Shown here one piece after another: positions 34,594 to 43,792 of a stretch of DNA of 64,000 bases. Where the stretch lies: IMG/VR virus record IMGVR_UViG_3300031746_000001. One strand, written 5' to 3'. The translations under genes and the position numbers were made by a program. Positions within the stretch are counted from its first letter, which is position 1. The number at the start of each line of letters is the position of its first letter. The notes below the pieces were generated by a model. That model saw nothing but the letters and a program-made list of their open reading frames with translations. It did not search any database and had not been told where the DNA came from. The DNA is from a virus.

Positions 34594-35259
34594 TCAAATT
34601 GGGTCCGATCCCGGCACCCGGACCGGCATCAAGATGCACAGTGCATCGATGGCGTCGTTCTTCCTCACTCCGGACGGAAGCAAGGTCACCTGAGTAAGAG
34701 ACGACGAGTTGTCTACGCAAAGCTTAATGTTGTCGGACCCGATGTGCTGGCACATCTCCATCAGATACTTGGCGTTGAAACAGACGGAGACAGGAATGGT
34801 CTTGGCCTTCGCCGTGATATCGGCGACGCTCGGATAGGCAGGCTCGTAGGCCAGGGGAACCTGCAGGGAACGTCCGTTCATCGAGATGCTGAGGCTCGGC
34901 TTCCGCTCCTTCAGGTCCACATCGGGATCCCCCAGGTTGAAGGTGATATCCGCAGACTCCAACCCGACGACGGAACGCTCGAGAAAGTCCACGATCCTGA
35001 TGGCGTCCCGGTAGTTCAAAAGAACCTCCGGCATCTCCTCGCCCTCCACGCCAACCTTGACGAGGTCGAGCTCTAAGGAAACGAACTGGTGGCCGTTGGT
35101 CGCCACGAAGCCGATCTTATCCTTCGCTCCCCTGATCCGGATGCTCTTCAGGTTGTCCCGGCCCGTGTCGGGATCCCGTATCGTGGCGTAGGTCGTCATC
35201 CCGAGAACGTCCTTCAGGATTCCCTTCCACATCGACATCTTAACTAATCTGTCTGGCAT
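34594..35259 (-). CDS. DNA polymerase III beta-clamp-like protein
   Basis: L..I......FVATNGH..., YP......., FNAKYL.E, ILMPVR. Confidence 0.7.
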   Translation of the reverse strand: MPDRLVKMSMWKGILKDVLGMTTYATIRDPDTGRDNLKSIRIRGAKDKIGFVATNGHQFVSLELDLVKVGVEGEEMPEVLLNYRDAIRIVDFLERSVVGLESADITFNLGDPDVDLKERKPSLSISMNGRSLQVPLAYEPAYPSVADITAKAKTIPVSVCFNAKYLMEMCQHIGSDNIKLCVDNSSSLTQVTLLPSGVRKNDAIDALCILMPVRVPGSDPI

Positions 35260-35279
35260 TGCTCCTCTCCCTTCTGTGA

Positions 35280-35537
35280 TTACACTTTAAGTGGACCAGC
35301 GCACTCCGGGCACTTCAGGACCGTGAGCCCGGCCTTAGACAGATCTCCGATCACGGTCTGATACCCGCAGTGACCGCATTCCACGATCCGGTTGGGCAAG
35401 AACCCCCGCATGGTTGGAGACGGCCCCAGAGGAACCTCCACGCCCACGGACGGAAAGCTCACCCACGAACTGCATCCACGAACTCCCCTTGAGTCACCGC
35501 TCGATCCCACGAAATAGTCACCAGCGTTCCACTCCAT
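35280..35537 (-). CDS. small Zn-ribbon protein
   Basis: CGHCG...CPEC. Confidence 0.55.
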   Translation of the reverse strand: MEWNAGDYFVGSSGDSRGVRGCSSWVSFPSVGVEVPLGPSPTMRGFLPNRIVECGHCGYQTVIGDLSKAGLTVLKCPECAGPLKV

Positions 35538-35538
35538 C

Positions 35539-35898
35539 TCACAGCCCTCCCTGGACCCCAAACTTTTCCTCCTCTACAGCAGTCTCCCCGGCAATATCCT
35601 TCCATGTGAACCGATCCATCTTCAGGCATAAGTCGAATACCCCCATCGAGAAGTCCCTGGTCAAATTCATGACATTCGAGAACTGGTAGCCCGCCACGGC
35701 CCCGTCGAATCCGATCTCATGCAGGTAGGCCACCTGCTCCTCCCGAGAGAAGCCGTCATAGTTCCCGTTCGCGAAGATAAATGAGAGTCCGGGATGCCCG
35801 GCGCCGATGTCATACTCTTCGTAGGCCACGCCCCGGGTCCCTGCCGGACACCCGAGCATCCCTTCAACCTTCAAGGTCACCACAGACCCGACTCTCAT
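35539..35898 (-). CDS. SH3/KOW-like protein; tail FGVQGGL
   Basis: MRVGSVVTL...GTRGV. Confidence 0.65.
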   Translation of the reverse strand: MRVGSVVTLKVEGMLGCPAGTRGVAYEEYDIGAGHPGLSFIFANGNYDGFSREEQVAYLHEIGFDGAVAGYQFSNVMNLTRDFSMGVFDLCLKMDRFTWKDIAGETAVEEEKFGVQGGL

Positions 35899-36086
35899 CT
35901 ACTCCTCACGACGACCGGATCGACCCGGTTCAATTCGATAAAGGTATTCAGATCGGCCATATCGAACATCGTCCTCCGGCCTGCCTTGACGTAGGCAATC
36001 TTCTTCAGGCAGACCCACTTGTAGAGGGTCTGCTTCTTGAGGCCGAGATACTCAGCGGCCTCCGAAACGTTCAGCAGTCTCTTCAT
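35895..36086 (-). CDS. excisionase-like HTH protein
   Basis: LLNVSEAAEYLGLKKQTLYKWV...I...K.GR. Confidence 0.85.
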   Translation of the reverse strand: MKRLLNVSEAAEYLGLKKQTLYKWVCLKKIAYVKAGRRTMFDMADLNTFIELNRVDPVVVRSR

Positions 36087-36201
36087 ATCAGCGTGGCGCG
36101 GTGGGTTGGGCGATCAGCCCCAAGCCTTCGTTCATCCAACCCGCTTAGGCAGGAGGGGAGAAACGGGTCCCTCCACGCCAGATCGCGCTCGCCACGCTGA
36201 A

Positions 36202-36414
36202 TCATTTCACTATGCCGTTGCACACCCCAGACCCGTCCGGTTTTCTGTGAGCCCACACCCGGCCACGCTTCTGCTCGGCCTGCCCTCCGCACTTCGGGCA
36301 CACGACCCGGACGGGAGCCACGGGCGCTGGCCTTCCGAAGAACCGCCTCTGCATCCAGGAGTTCATCCCCCGGCTGATCCGCTGGAGCTCGGCCCGATTC
36401 TGATCCGTAATCAT
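36202..36414 (-). CDS. small hypothetical protein
   Basis: CPKCG...H...C; coupled start. Confidence 0.5.
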   Translation of the reverse strand: MITDQNRAELQRISRGMNSWMQRRFFGRPAPVAPVRVVCPKCGGQAEQKRGRVWAHRKPDGSGVCNGIVK

Positions 36415-37277
36415 CACGCCCTCTTCCCGTTCGGGGGAACGACTTCCACCTTCAAGGTCTTGGGAACGCTGTTCGTGAAGCCTCCCTGGTGGTCTACGAA
36501 TATCCCGGTCGTGGTCGGACGCTGTTCCTTGACCACGACCTTCGTCCCCCACTCCGTCCGGCAGACCGTCTCCGGCTCGAGCGTCCCGATCTCCGGGCCT
36601 TCAAAGGACGGCTTGATTATCTTGACCTGCACTTGAGGAGACTTGACCGGCGCGTCATCTGCCGGGGCAGTTCCAGGACAGACCTCTGCGGCTGGAACTT
36701 CAGCCTCCTGCGCCTCTCCCTGCGTCTGCGGGGCAACGGACTTCAGCGGGGCATCTCCATCGGGGGGCTCCGCAGACTCCGGCCCTGCATCACGACGGGA
36801 GCTTTCGGATTGACCCCCGCCGCTGGATCCCCCCTTTAGAACTCTCCACACCTTCCCCCTCGAGACCCCGAGCTCGTTGGCGATCTGCAAGTGGGTCTTC
36901 CCGTCGTCCCTGAGCTGAACGATCCGGGCGGCCACACCCGAAACAGGAACGGTCGCCTCGGGCTCCGAGACCGGCTCGCCCGCAGGGACAGACTTCTCCT
37001 CTGCTGGCGCCTTCGGCTTCTGGACCTCCGTAGCGACCTTCTTTTTCTTCTCCCCCGGCTTGTCGTCGACGAACATCTCGAGGGGAGAGACTTCGTCCAT
37101 CCGCTTCCAAACCCTGGCTCCCCTGCCCGTCCCCTTCAGAAGCCTGACCTGATAGGGCTTGGATAGCTTCGGCATGACCTTCACGATCCTGGCCTTCTTC
37201 TTGTTGACCAGAACGAGGTCACCCTCACTGAACAGTTTCCGTTCCACTCTCCGCTCCTCTCTCTTGGGGTAGTTCAT
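36414..37277 (-). CDS. KOW/SH3 plus HTH protein with low-complexity linkers
   Basis: FSEGDLVLV and IANELGVSRGKVWRVL; start uncertain. Confidence 0.65.
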   Translation of the reverse strand: MNYPKREERRVERKLFSEGDLVLVNKKKARIVKVMPKLSKPYQVRLLKGTGRGARVWKRMDEVSPLEMFVDDKPGEKKKKVATEVQKPKAPAEEKSVPAGEPVSEPEATVPVSGVAARIVQLRDDGKTHLQIANELGVSRGKVWRVLKGGSSGGGQSESSRRDAGPESAEPPDGDAPLKSVAPQTQGEAQEAEVPAAEVCPGTAPADDAPVKSPQVQVKIIKPSFEGPEIGTLEPETVCRTEWGTKVVVKEQRPTTTGIFVDHQGGFTNSVPKTLKVEVVPPNGKRA

Positions 37278-37851
37278 ACTTCCTATTCCAAGCCGCCTCC
37301 CGTTTCTTTGCGGCATCCTCTAACTGCACTCCAATCTGCAGGATGAGCTCATCGATTTCCTTCCGGTCGTTCTGGATCCAACTGAGAGTCTCATCGACCC
37401 GGGATGTCGCCCGTCTTTCTTCAATCCGATACTTCCAGATCGTCCTCCGAACCCTACCCGGACGGGGCCGACTGAAGTCCTCCCCCACCTGATGCCCCCG
37501 GATGTGATCGAACTCGTGAAGCATCGTCTTGAACATGACCTCAGCCGACTGCAGAGGGTCGGCTCCCTGATACTCCTTCACCTTCAGCTCGACCCAGCCC
37601 CCGTTCGTCGGGATCCACGTGATCGGGTAGCTCGGGGTCGGCCTTCCCTGCTTGTCCTTCTTCGTCCTCGGATCGAGGTGGTGAAGGTTGACGCCGATCG
37701 CTCCATATACACAGCTCTTGGTGAAGAGACCCCCTCGGGTTGCCTTCACCACAACCGATCCGTGACACCCCATGAGCTTCCCCGCAGACACCAGAAGGCT
37801 CCGCAGGGGCTCGTCGGGGATGCCGGATCGGTTGTAAAGTTTGATGGTCAT
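37225..37851 (-). CDS. putative zincin-like metalloprotein
   Basis: HEFDH (HExxH) plus downstream E; first gene after a promoter. Confidence 0.6.
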   Translation of the reverse strand: MTIKLYNRSGIPDEPLRSLLVSAGKLMGCHGSVVVKATRGGLFTKSCVYGAIGVNLHHLDPRTKKDKQGRPTPSYPITWIPTNGGWVELKVKEYQGADPLQSAEVMFKTMLHEFDHIRGHQVGEDFSRPRPGRVRRTIWKYRIEERRATSRVDETLSWIQNDRKEIDELILQIGVQLEDAAKKREAAWNRKYELPQERGAESGTETVQ

Positions 37852-37905
37852 GACGCTCTCCTTTACTTGGGGTTAAAAGAGATACCGCATCCTTACTACA
37901 CACCC

Positions 37906-37934
37906 ATTATACATTATCCGAAAGTAACAGTCAA
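37906..37934 (-). promoter_or_regulatory. sigma70 promoter of the repeated promoter-leader cassette
   Basis: TTGACT-17-TATAAT. Confidence 0.85.
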
Positions 37935-37963
37935 GGGCTTTGAAGGAAAATCTTAAAATTCTT

Positions 37964-38191
37964 TTAGCCGCCCGGACGGTCCTTGTGCTCGACCACCTCT
38001 TCAGCCCCGCAGACGTCCTTGAGCCACTGCGAAGCCTCTTCCTGCGTGGCAAACTTCCCCCAGCCCACTTCCTCTCCCGCATCCCCGATCTGGCTCCCGT
38101 CCCAGGGCTTGTCTCCCCGCAGGAGATGCACCCGGCCAACGCAACGTCCTTCGTAGAAGCCCTCCAACAGAATGACCTGTCGATCATCCAT
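37964..38191 (-). CDS. hypothetical protein
   Basis: GGAGG SD before ATG 38191. Confidence 0.5.
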   Translation of the reverse strand: MDDRQVILLEGFYEGRCVGRVHLLRGDKPWDGSQIGDAGEEVGWGKFATQEEASQWLKDVCGAEEVVEHKDRPGG

Positions 38192-38939
38192 CTTGTCCTC
38201 CTCTCGCCTTCTTGCATCCTGGCCAGTGAAAACTCTCTTCACCGACCGCCATGTCCGTGAAATACCACGTCCCGTTCTTCCCCCTGCAGAAGTCAAAGCT
38301 CCAGTAGCCCTTCCCCATCGCCACCCCGAGACGCCGGGCGTATTCCTTGAGCTTCTTCAGCTCCTTCAATCCGATTTTCTGCATCTCATCGAGAATCTTC
38401 TCCCAGAGTTCGGGGGGACGGTCCGGATGGAGATCGAACTCATCTTCCGGAAGGACTGGCCGTTCAATAGACTCCGGAGGCCAGTAGGGATGCTCGCATA
38501 CTACCCTCGTCCCGTTCACGAACAGCCTCCGCTCCACTGCGATCGGCATCTCCCCCCAGAAGGCCGTGAACCTGGCATCGAGATCCAAGAACTTCCGGAT
38601 AGCCACGCCCTCAAAGGAGACGTCGACCGCAAGGCTGAAGTCGAGAAGTTTAAAGATACGAGCGGGGATCTGTTCGATGCTCTCCACATAACAGCTCTTT
38701 TTCCACTCATGCTTGTTGCTGACCCTATCGCTCCGCAGGAAGAGCGGAAACCCTATCTCCGGAGCCCTCCTCTGGACCTCCCGGCGCAGAGCGTCGAAGG
38801 TCTTGTTCTTTCCCCCGTCGAGGGCCTTGATAATACCCCTCGGGTCCCGGCAGGGAATTAAAATCGTCTTGGGCATGGGGATCGATAGCTCCTCGACCCG
38901 GGGCCACCAGTAGAGCATGCTGTTGGGATTACTGCTCAC
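38184..38939 (-). CDS. ATP-grasp-like protein
   Basis: FPLFLRSD...KH, IRKFL, ERRLF, WSFDF...WYFTDMA; start moved to GTG 38939. Confidence 0.6.
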   Translation of the reverse strand: MSSNPNSMLYWWPRVEELSIPMPKTILIPCRDPRGIIKALDGGKNKTFDALRREVQRRAPEIGFPLFLRSDRVSNKHEWKKSCYVESIEQIPARIFKLLDFSLAVDVSFEGVAIRKFLDLDARFTAFWGEMPIAVERRLFVNGTRVVCEHPYWPPESIERPVLPEDEFDLHPDRPPELWEKILDEMQKIGLKELKKLKEYARRLGVAMGKGYWSFDFCRGKNGTWYFTDMAVGEESFHWPGCKKARGGQDG

Positions 38940-39118
38940 TGCTTCGCCTTCGCCAACCCCTCGTCCTGCTCGCAGGAAATGCACTGCGTTCCCTGGCCTC
39001 CGGGGATGCACTCCTCCACGCACCCGGGCTGGTGGCAGACATAGCACTCCACAATCTGCTTGGTCGGTTCACCACACTGCGGACACTTCTTTTTCTCGAC
39101 TGCTTGCTCTTCGGCCAT
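38936..39118 (-). CDS. small Cys-rich Zn-finger protein
   Basis: Four CxxC pairs in 60 aa. Confidence 0.65.
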   Translation of the reverse strand: MAEEQAVEKKKCPQCGEPTKQIVECYVCHQPGCVEECIPGGQGTQCISCEQDEGLAKAKQ

Positions 39119-39133
39119 TGCTCCATCCTCCCC

Positions 39134-39460
39134 TTAGAAAATCTGCTCCGTTAAAAGCTTGGCGCCTTCCTTCCGGTAGTCATCGATGCTGACCACCTCC
39201 ACCTTACGACCTGCGATCGCCTTCTTCACTGCGTCCTCCGATCCCCACCAGCACTCGCATCCGTAGACGACCTTCCCGTCATCGAGCTTGATCTTGGGGT
39301 TCGTGTTGCCGGGACAGAGATCGATGTAACGACGCCCCAGCATGATCACTTCCTTCGGCGGGATCTCCTCCCCTTCATAGACCCCGTATCCGAAAAGGTA
39401 AACCGTCGTCTCGTCTGCCGAGGATACCGCTCCAACCCGCTCTCCAATCTTATGTCCCAC
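39134..39460 (-). CDS. phage hypothetical protein
   Basis: NPKIKLDDGKVVYGCECWW. Confidence 0.7.
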   Translation of the reverse strand: MGHKIGERVGAVSSADETTVYLFGYGVYEGEEIPPKEVIMLGRRYIDLCPGNTNPKIKLDDGKVVYGCECWWGSEDAVKKAIAGRKVEVVSIDDYRKEGAKLLTEQIF

Positions 39461-39461
39461 T

Positions 39462-39917
39462 TCAAATTTCTCCTTCTACAGTGATCACTTCGGAACCCGA
39501 AGGGTCTATGGACGAGCACTTGAGTTCATAAATAGGTTCCTCCTTCACGCCCACCTGGACATACTGGCACTTCTCGCCCTTGAAAAATCCCAAGACCTTA
39601 ACATCCCCACAGTCCCAAGTCCGGCGTTTGATCTCAGCATAATCCTCCGGACGTTTGGTTTTCTGTCGATAGCCCTTCTGAGCCAAGAACCGAAGCAGTG
39701 GAGATATTTCCATCATGTGGTCAAGATCACAGTGAACAAGAATCCCGTTCACCTGCCCCCACATCCATCCCACACTGATCGACTGGATAAGGTCCGGAAA
39801 GACGAGCTTCGCCCCTAGCGCCACGTTCGCGGCGGGAACGAGCCCCTCGAGATAGGCAACCTTAGTCTTAACTATCTGTATTTCGGCCAGGATAAAATCC
39901 GGCGTCAAATTATGCAT
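39462..39917 (-). CDS. hypothetical protein; tail ITVEGEI
   Basis: Coupled ORF. Confidence 0.65.
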   Translation of the reverse strand: MHNLTPDFILAEIQIVKTKVAYLEGLVPAANVALGAKLVFPDLIQSISVGWMWGQVNGILVHCDLDHMMEISPLLRFLAQKGYRQKTKRPEDYAEIKRRTWDCGDVKVLGFFKGEKCQYVQVGVKEEPIYELKCSSIDPSGSEVITVEGEI

Positions 39918-40215
39918 GGCTCATCCCAGCGGGGCACAGCCCCCCAAGAGACTTCGTCTTGGGAGGCTCCCCGGGTTTGAGATTGTGGTTCGGGCACGTG
40001 GGCTCCGGGCAGGGATAGTTCCCTTCCCACAGGATCGTCGTGCAGTAGGGGCAAAAATACAGGGCGACGGGAAGCCTCCCGAAAGTTATGTTGTCCCGGA
40101 AGTAATTCCGGGTCGCCTCCCCGCTCAGGGGATCGATCCCCTGCTTCTCAAAGAACTGCTTCCAGGTGATCACCTTCGGAAGTGCGGATACATCCTGGGT
40201 ATTAAAGTTAATCAC
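39910..40215 (-). CDS. hypothetical protein
   Basis: CPYC...CP..C; SD before GTG. Confidence 0.55.
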   Translation of the reverse strand: MINFNTQDVSALPKVITWKQFFEKQGIDPLSGEATRNYFRDNITFGRLPVALYFCPYCTTILWEGNYPCPEPTCPNHNLKPGEPPKTKSLGGLCPAGMSHA

Positions 40216-40234
40216 TTCTCCCTCCTCTTATTTC

Positions 40235-40381
40235 TCATCCAAGCCTCCCTCTTCTTCGATCATTCTTCCCGAACACCACCACGCAGGACGGGAACGGAGC
40301 CCGCTTCCTCTTGTTGTCGTTGAAGCAGAGCCGGCCCTTGATAAACCTGATCTCCTGAGCCTTCATGACGTACCGATGCCA
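40235..40381 (-). pseudogene. orphaned original C-terminus of the Dam-like methyltransferase
   Basis: WHRYVMKAQEIRFIKGRLCFND...RAPFPSCVVVFG versus FHRYILHHAREIIFIKGRLRFND..GRAPFPSMVVVFG. Confidence 0.9.
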
Positions 40382-40815
40382 CGCTTTGCTTCCCTTAGCC
40401 TAAGATAAAACCGTCTCCTACGCAACACCAATTTTGGATCGGTTCTATTCCGACCACCTCGAGCCAAGGGAAGCTTCATAAAATTCAAAGCAATATCTGC
40501 CTCCTTCGCCTTCGTTCGTAAATATGGCCTTAAAATTAAAAGAACATTTTTTGCGTCTTGGCTCGAGCAAACCCATGACCATCCCGGATTCCATCTCTCA
40601 TTTCTCGGACTATACTTCCCAACATGACCCACTCCAAATTTCTTCCACGCATATTTAACCACTCGCTCATCACACATCGACAATTTAGTAATCAAGGAAT
40701 AAAGATCACTTACATGTCCTCCACGGCCATTAGATCTGTTAAAGCGAATATGTATACACCCCTCCCCGTCAAACAGACCAGCTAAATAAGCCTTTTCCAT
40801 CTCCGTCATTTTCAT
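40363..40815 (-). CDS. free-standing LAGLIDADG endonuclease
   Basis: AYLAGLFDGEGCI and LRPYLRTK. Confidence 0.9.
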   Translation of the reverse strand: MKMTEMEKAYLAGLFDGEGCIHIRFNRSNGRGGHVSDLYSLITKLSMCDERVVKYAWKKFGVGHVGKYSPRNERWNPGWSWVCSSQDAKNVLLILRPYLRTKAKEADIALNFMKLPLARGGRNRTDPKLVLRRRRFYLRLREAKRGIGTS

Positions 40816-40837
40816 CTTTCCTTAGTTAGTGATGCCA

Positions 40838-41248
40838 CTATTGTAACACATCACTACGTCCAAATACAACTACCATTGATGGGAATGGAGCTCTTCCCTT
40901 TGCGTCATTAAATCTAAGCCTTCCCTTGATAAATATTATCTCCCTGGCGTGATGTAAAATATAACGGTGAAACCATATCGTATCCGTCCTCGAGGGCAGG
41001 AGCATCACCACGAGCTTCCCGGCCTGGCCCTCCTGGTACGCCCTTGCGATCCACTTCCCGATCTCCTTGCCGTAGGGAGGGTTGACGTAGGTCCGGGATC
41101 CCCACGGCCGCTCCAAGCCTCCCGTTCCGTGCAGAGGGCAGGGATCGTCGTTGAAGCTGAACCGAGCGTCGAGCTCGCTATAGATCAACGCCGGGGTCGC
41201 CCAATGCGTGGTCGTCGTGCGGGACGTGTGCATGGCCTTCATGATCAT
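40838..41248 (-). CDS. phage N6-adenine DNA methyltransferase (Dam-like)
   Basis: WATP, DPC, VNPPY, PSRTDT, GRLRF, APFPS. Confidence 0.9.
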   Translation of the reverse strand: MIMKAMHTSRTTTTHWATPALIYSELDARFSFNDDPCPLHGTGGLERPWGSRTYVNPPYGKEIGKWIARAYQEGQAGKLVVMLLPSRTDTIWFHRYILHHAREIIFIKGRLRFNDAKGRAPFPSMVVVFGRSDVLQ

Positions 41249-41252
41249 GGGA

Positions 41253-41513
41253 TTACCAAGCGGCCGGATACTGGGTAAACGCCCCGGGCATGTAATGCAC
41301 GGACCCGCTCTTCAGCACAGCCTGGATCGCCACCTCCACAGGGAACTTCGCGCCATAGGCTTTGATGAGTTCAATGTCGTCCTCCTCGTCCCCTCCGGGC
41401 ACCACTCCGATATACGCCTTCAATTGATTCGTGATCTCGTCGAGCGCGACGACGATACCGAAATGCTCAGTGGACGTCGTAAACCAAGCTACCCCTGCAG
41501 TTTTAATCGACAT
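41253..41513 (-). CDS. hypothetical protein
   Basis: Strong SD. Confidence 0.6.
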   Translation of the reverse strand: MSIKTAGVAWFTTSTEHFGIVVALDEITNQLKAYIGVVPGGDEEDDIELIKAYGAKFPVEVAIQAVLKSGSVHYMPGAFTQYPAAW

Positions 41514-41525
41514 CTCCCCTCCTAT

Positions 41526-42362
41526 TTAAGAAGGAAACTCCCGCACCCTGAATTCCTCCGGCCACTCATCCGGGTTTCCTCCCTTCCGATCCTTGCATCC
41601 CCACGCCCTAGCCAGAACCTCTCCGGCCTGCTTCATAAAGAACGGGACCCCAGCCGCCTTGCATTGGTCGAGGATCGACCTTATCCACGAGGGGTTCGTC
41701 ATTCGGGCCCCTGGACCCGACTCTCCCCCCACGATCACCCAATCGAGAGTTAAAAGCCGAGTGCCAAACGTTTTCTTAAAATAGGGCTCACAAGGAATCC
41801 CGTCTAGGGTAGTCCGTCGCTCGCACGACAGATATTCCGTTAAGTCCATCTCGCTAAGCATGGGCTCAATGCTCACCCCGTGGACGGCCGCTGGGATCTG
41901 CAGGAGAAGCGGGATCCGTTCATACGCCCGCTTCTGATTCTCCGCCGTCACGATCATCTGGACGTTCGGGAGAGGCCAGTTCTTCGACTCCCAGGTATTG
42001 AAGAACTCGAGGGCCCGCTCCGGCCTCTTGGTGAGAACCTGGAAGGTGTGTTGCTTGGCGAAGGTCATCCGGGCGAAGCAGTCACAGATAAACTTGAACG
42101 GCACCTGCGGATGAAAGAGATCGCCCATCGAGCAGACGAATATCCTTCTCGGCCTCTTCCACTTGAGGGGGATATCAAGCCTCTCCGGATGGATGACGAC
42201 ATTCTTCCCGGCATTCGCTTCGGTCCAGGGATGCTTCGTGTAGCCGTAGCGGAGAGAGTCCCGCTCGGCGTAGCAGTGCTCGCAAGCCTCGGATATTTTG
42301 GAACATCCCGAGACCCAATTCAGCGTGGCGTCCGTCCATTCGATTCCGGTTCTATCTCCCAT
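41526..42362 (-). CDS. phage Gp37/Gp68 family (DUF5131) protein
   Basis: IEWTDAT.N...GC.K.S..C.HCYA, SMGDLFH, LTKRP, WVIVGGESG, PFFMKQ. Confidence 0.92.
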   Translation of the reverse strand: MGDRTGIEWTDATLNWVSGCSKISEACEHCYAERDSLRYGYTKHPWTEANAGKNVVIHPERLDIPLKWKRPRRIFVCSMGDLFHPQVPFKFICDCFARMTFAKQHTFQVLTKRPERALEFFNTWESKNWPLPNVQMIVTAENQKRAYERIPLLLQIPAAVHGVSIEPMLSEMDLTEYLSCERRTTLDGIPCEPYFKKTFGTRLLTLDWVIVGGESGPGARMTNPSWIRSILDQCKAAGVPFFMKQAGEVLARAWGCKDRKGGNPDEWPEEFRVREFPS

Positions 42363-42693
42363 GTATGGATTCCTCCAATTCCTGTTTCTTGACAAAGTAT
42401 TCTTCCGGCGACAGAAGCTTCAAGGCCGACGGCTCCTTCTTCCAGATCTCGTTAAAGTCATCCTCCGAAAGCCTCCACAGAAGCGGAGACCTGTGACCGG
42501 AGCAGTCCAGCTTCTTTTCCTTCGAGATGAAATGCCTCACTGCAACGGCGTCCGCCTCATCGTCGGTATCCCCGAACATGGAGAACTTCACTTCGACACG
42601 TTCCCACTTCCGGCCCCTTGAATCGGCGCTCGTAACCCCGATCACATGGCCCCAGAGATTATGGCAGAGCACATAAGCCGTAAGATAAACCAT
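42352..42693 (-). CDS. hypothetical protein
   Basis: GGAGG SD. Confidence 0.6.
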   Translation of the reverse strand: MVYLTAYVLCHNLWGHVIGVTSADSRGRKWERVEVKFSMFGDTDDEADAVAVRHFISKEKKLDCSGHRSPLLWRLSEDDFNEIWKKEPSALKLLSPEEYFVKKQELEESIHGR

Positions 42694-42701
42694 GTCTCCT
42701 C

Positions 42702-42926
42702 CTATAAAGACCCGATCACCCCGAAGGCTTCCTCCCGAAAAATTTCCACCTGATCATACCAGAATAACTTTTCCGAGGGGTAGTTATCGAGCTTGATCCA
42801 GACGAGCCCGGATTCTGCCTGATCGGTAACGTATCCTAATTCCCCCAGAAACTTCACATCTCGTTCCCCATTAACTCTCACAATCCGAACCCGTGGGCGT
42901 CGATCAAAGTGATTTCCGAATATCAT
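42702..42926 (-). CDS. SH3/KOW-like small protein; tail FGVIGSL
   Basis: RVRIV...GELGYV...WIKLD. Confidence 0.65.
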   Translation of the reverse strand: MIFGNHFDRRPRVRIVRVNGERDVKFLGELGYVTDQAESGLVWIKLDNYPSEKLFWYDQVEIFREEAFGVIGSL

Positions 42927-43189
42927 ATCTCGCCCTCCACTCCGAAGGGCTTCTCCTCTTCCTTCTCGAGCTGAACCTCCTCGAGGTATCTTCCAGCCCC
43001 CTTCTTGGCTTTCCCCGAGCAGTCGTGCAGGCCGAGAGACTCCTTGTCCATCTGGACCCCGTAGAGAAAATCGCTGGCCTTAACTTCCACGATCGTCCCG
43101 GCCTCATTGAGCAACCCTTCTTCTTCCTGCGTATGCTCCCAAGTCACCCTGACCCGCTGGCCGACCTTGAACTTCGGCTTCGAACTCAC
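42923..43189 (-). CDS. SH3/KOW-like protein; tail FGVEGEI
   Basis: Start moved to GTG 43189; KFKVGQRVRV...YGVQMD...LHDCSG. Confidence 0.7.
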   Translation of the reverse strand: MSSKPKFKVGQRVRVTWEHTQEEEGLLNEAGTIVEVKASDFLYGVQMDKESLGLHDCSGKAKKGAGRYLEEVQLEKEEEKPFGVEGEI

Positions 43190-43599
43190 AGCTCCCCGAT
43201 CACTCCGAAGCCCTCCTCGTTCAGGGACGGTTTCCGAGAACGCCTTTGCTTTTCCTTCCGGGTGACCATCTGGACGGCGGCCATCGCTAGAGTCCTTACC
43301 GTGTTCCGATAATGCGCCCGGGTCACCTGATCGGATGGGTAGTAAACGGGATGATCGGACACGAGCTTGAGCTGAGACCTCCCAAGCCACAGACCACGAT
43401 CCGGAAGGCAACACCCATCACAGGTATTCAGATCCCGATGTCTCTTGTTGAACTGGACGGCGTAAGCCCCGGCATGTCCGGCCCCCTTAACGACCCCCCG
43501 AGTCCCGACCAGGAAACTATAATCGGACTGGGAATGGATCTGAAGGACTTCGACGTGGTCGCCAACCCTTAATTTCTTTCGCTGATAAATCCTAGCCAT
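43186..43599 (-). CDS. SH3/KOW-like protein; tail FGVIGEL
   Basis: LRVGDHVEV...YAVQF...LNTCDG...GLW. Confidence 0.7.
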   Translation of the reverse strand: MARIYQRKKLRVGDHVEVLQIHSQSDYSFLVGTRGVVKGAGHAGAYAVQFNKRHRDLNTCDGCCLPDRGLWLGRSQLKLVSDHPVYYPSDQVTRAHYRNTVRTLAMAAVQMVTRKEKQRRSRKPSLNEEGFGVIGEL

Positions 43600-43707
43600 A
43601 ATAAATCTTCCTCATGAGGTTATGGGGTGAATTCCCTATCGAGAGGGACATCCACCCCATCACACCACAACCGACTCCTTTGTAAAGAACATCCATCAGA
43701 GGTTAAC

Positions 43708-43736
43708 ATTATAGCGGATTCCAAAGTAATTGTCAA
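43708..43736 (-). promoter_or_regulatory. sigma70 promoter
   Basis: TTGACA-17-TATAAT, identical to 12478-12506. Confidence 0.85.
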
Positions 43737-43747
43737 GAGGGTTCATT

Positions 43748-43786
43748 AAAAAGTTACCCTGGCGAATCCCGCTGGACCCGCCAGGG
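43748..43786 (-). terminator. intrinsic terminator
   Basis: CCCTGGCG...CGCCAGGG stem followed by TAACTTTTT. Confidence 0.65.
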
Positions 43787-43792
43787 CTTCCT

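Noticed and set aside
34047-34720. ORFs 34047-34430 and 34373-34720
   Set aside because: Starts are ambiguous and no motif is recognisable; probably coding, but boundaries could not be supported.
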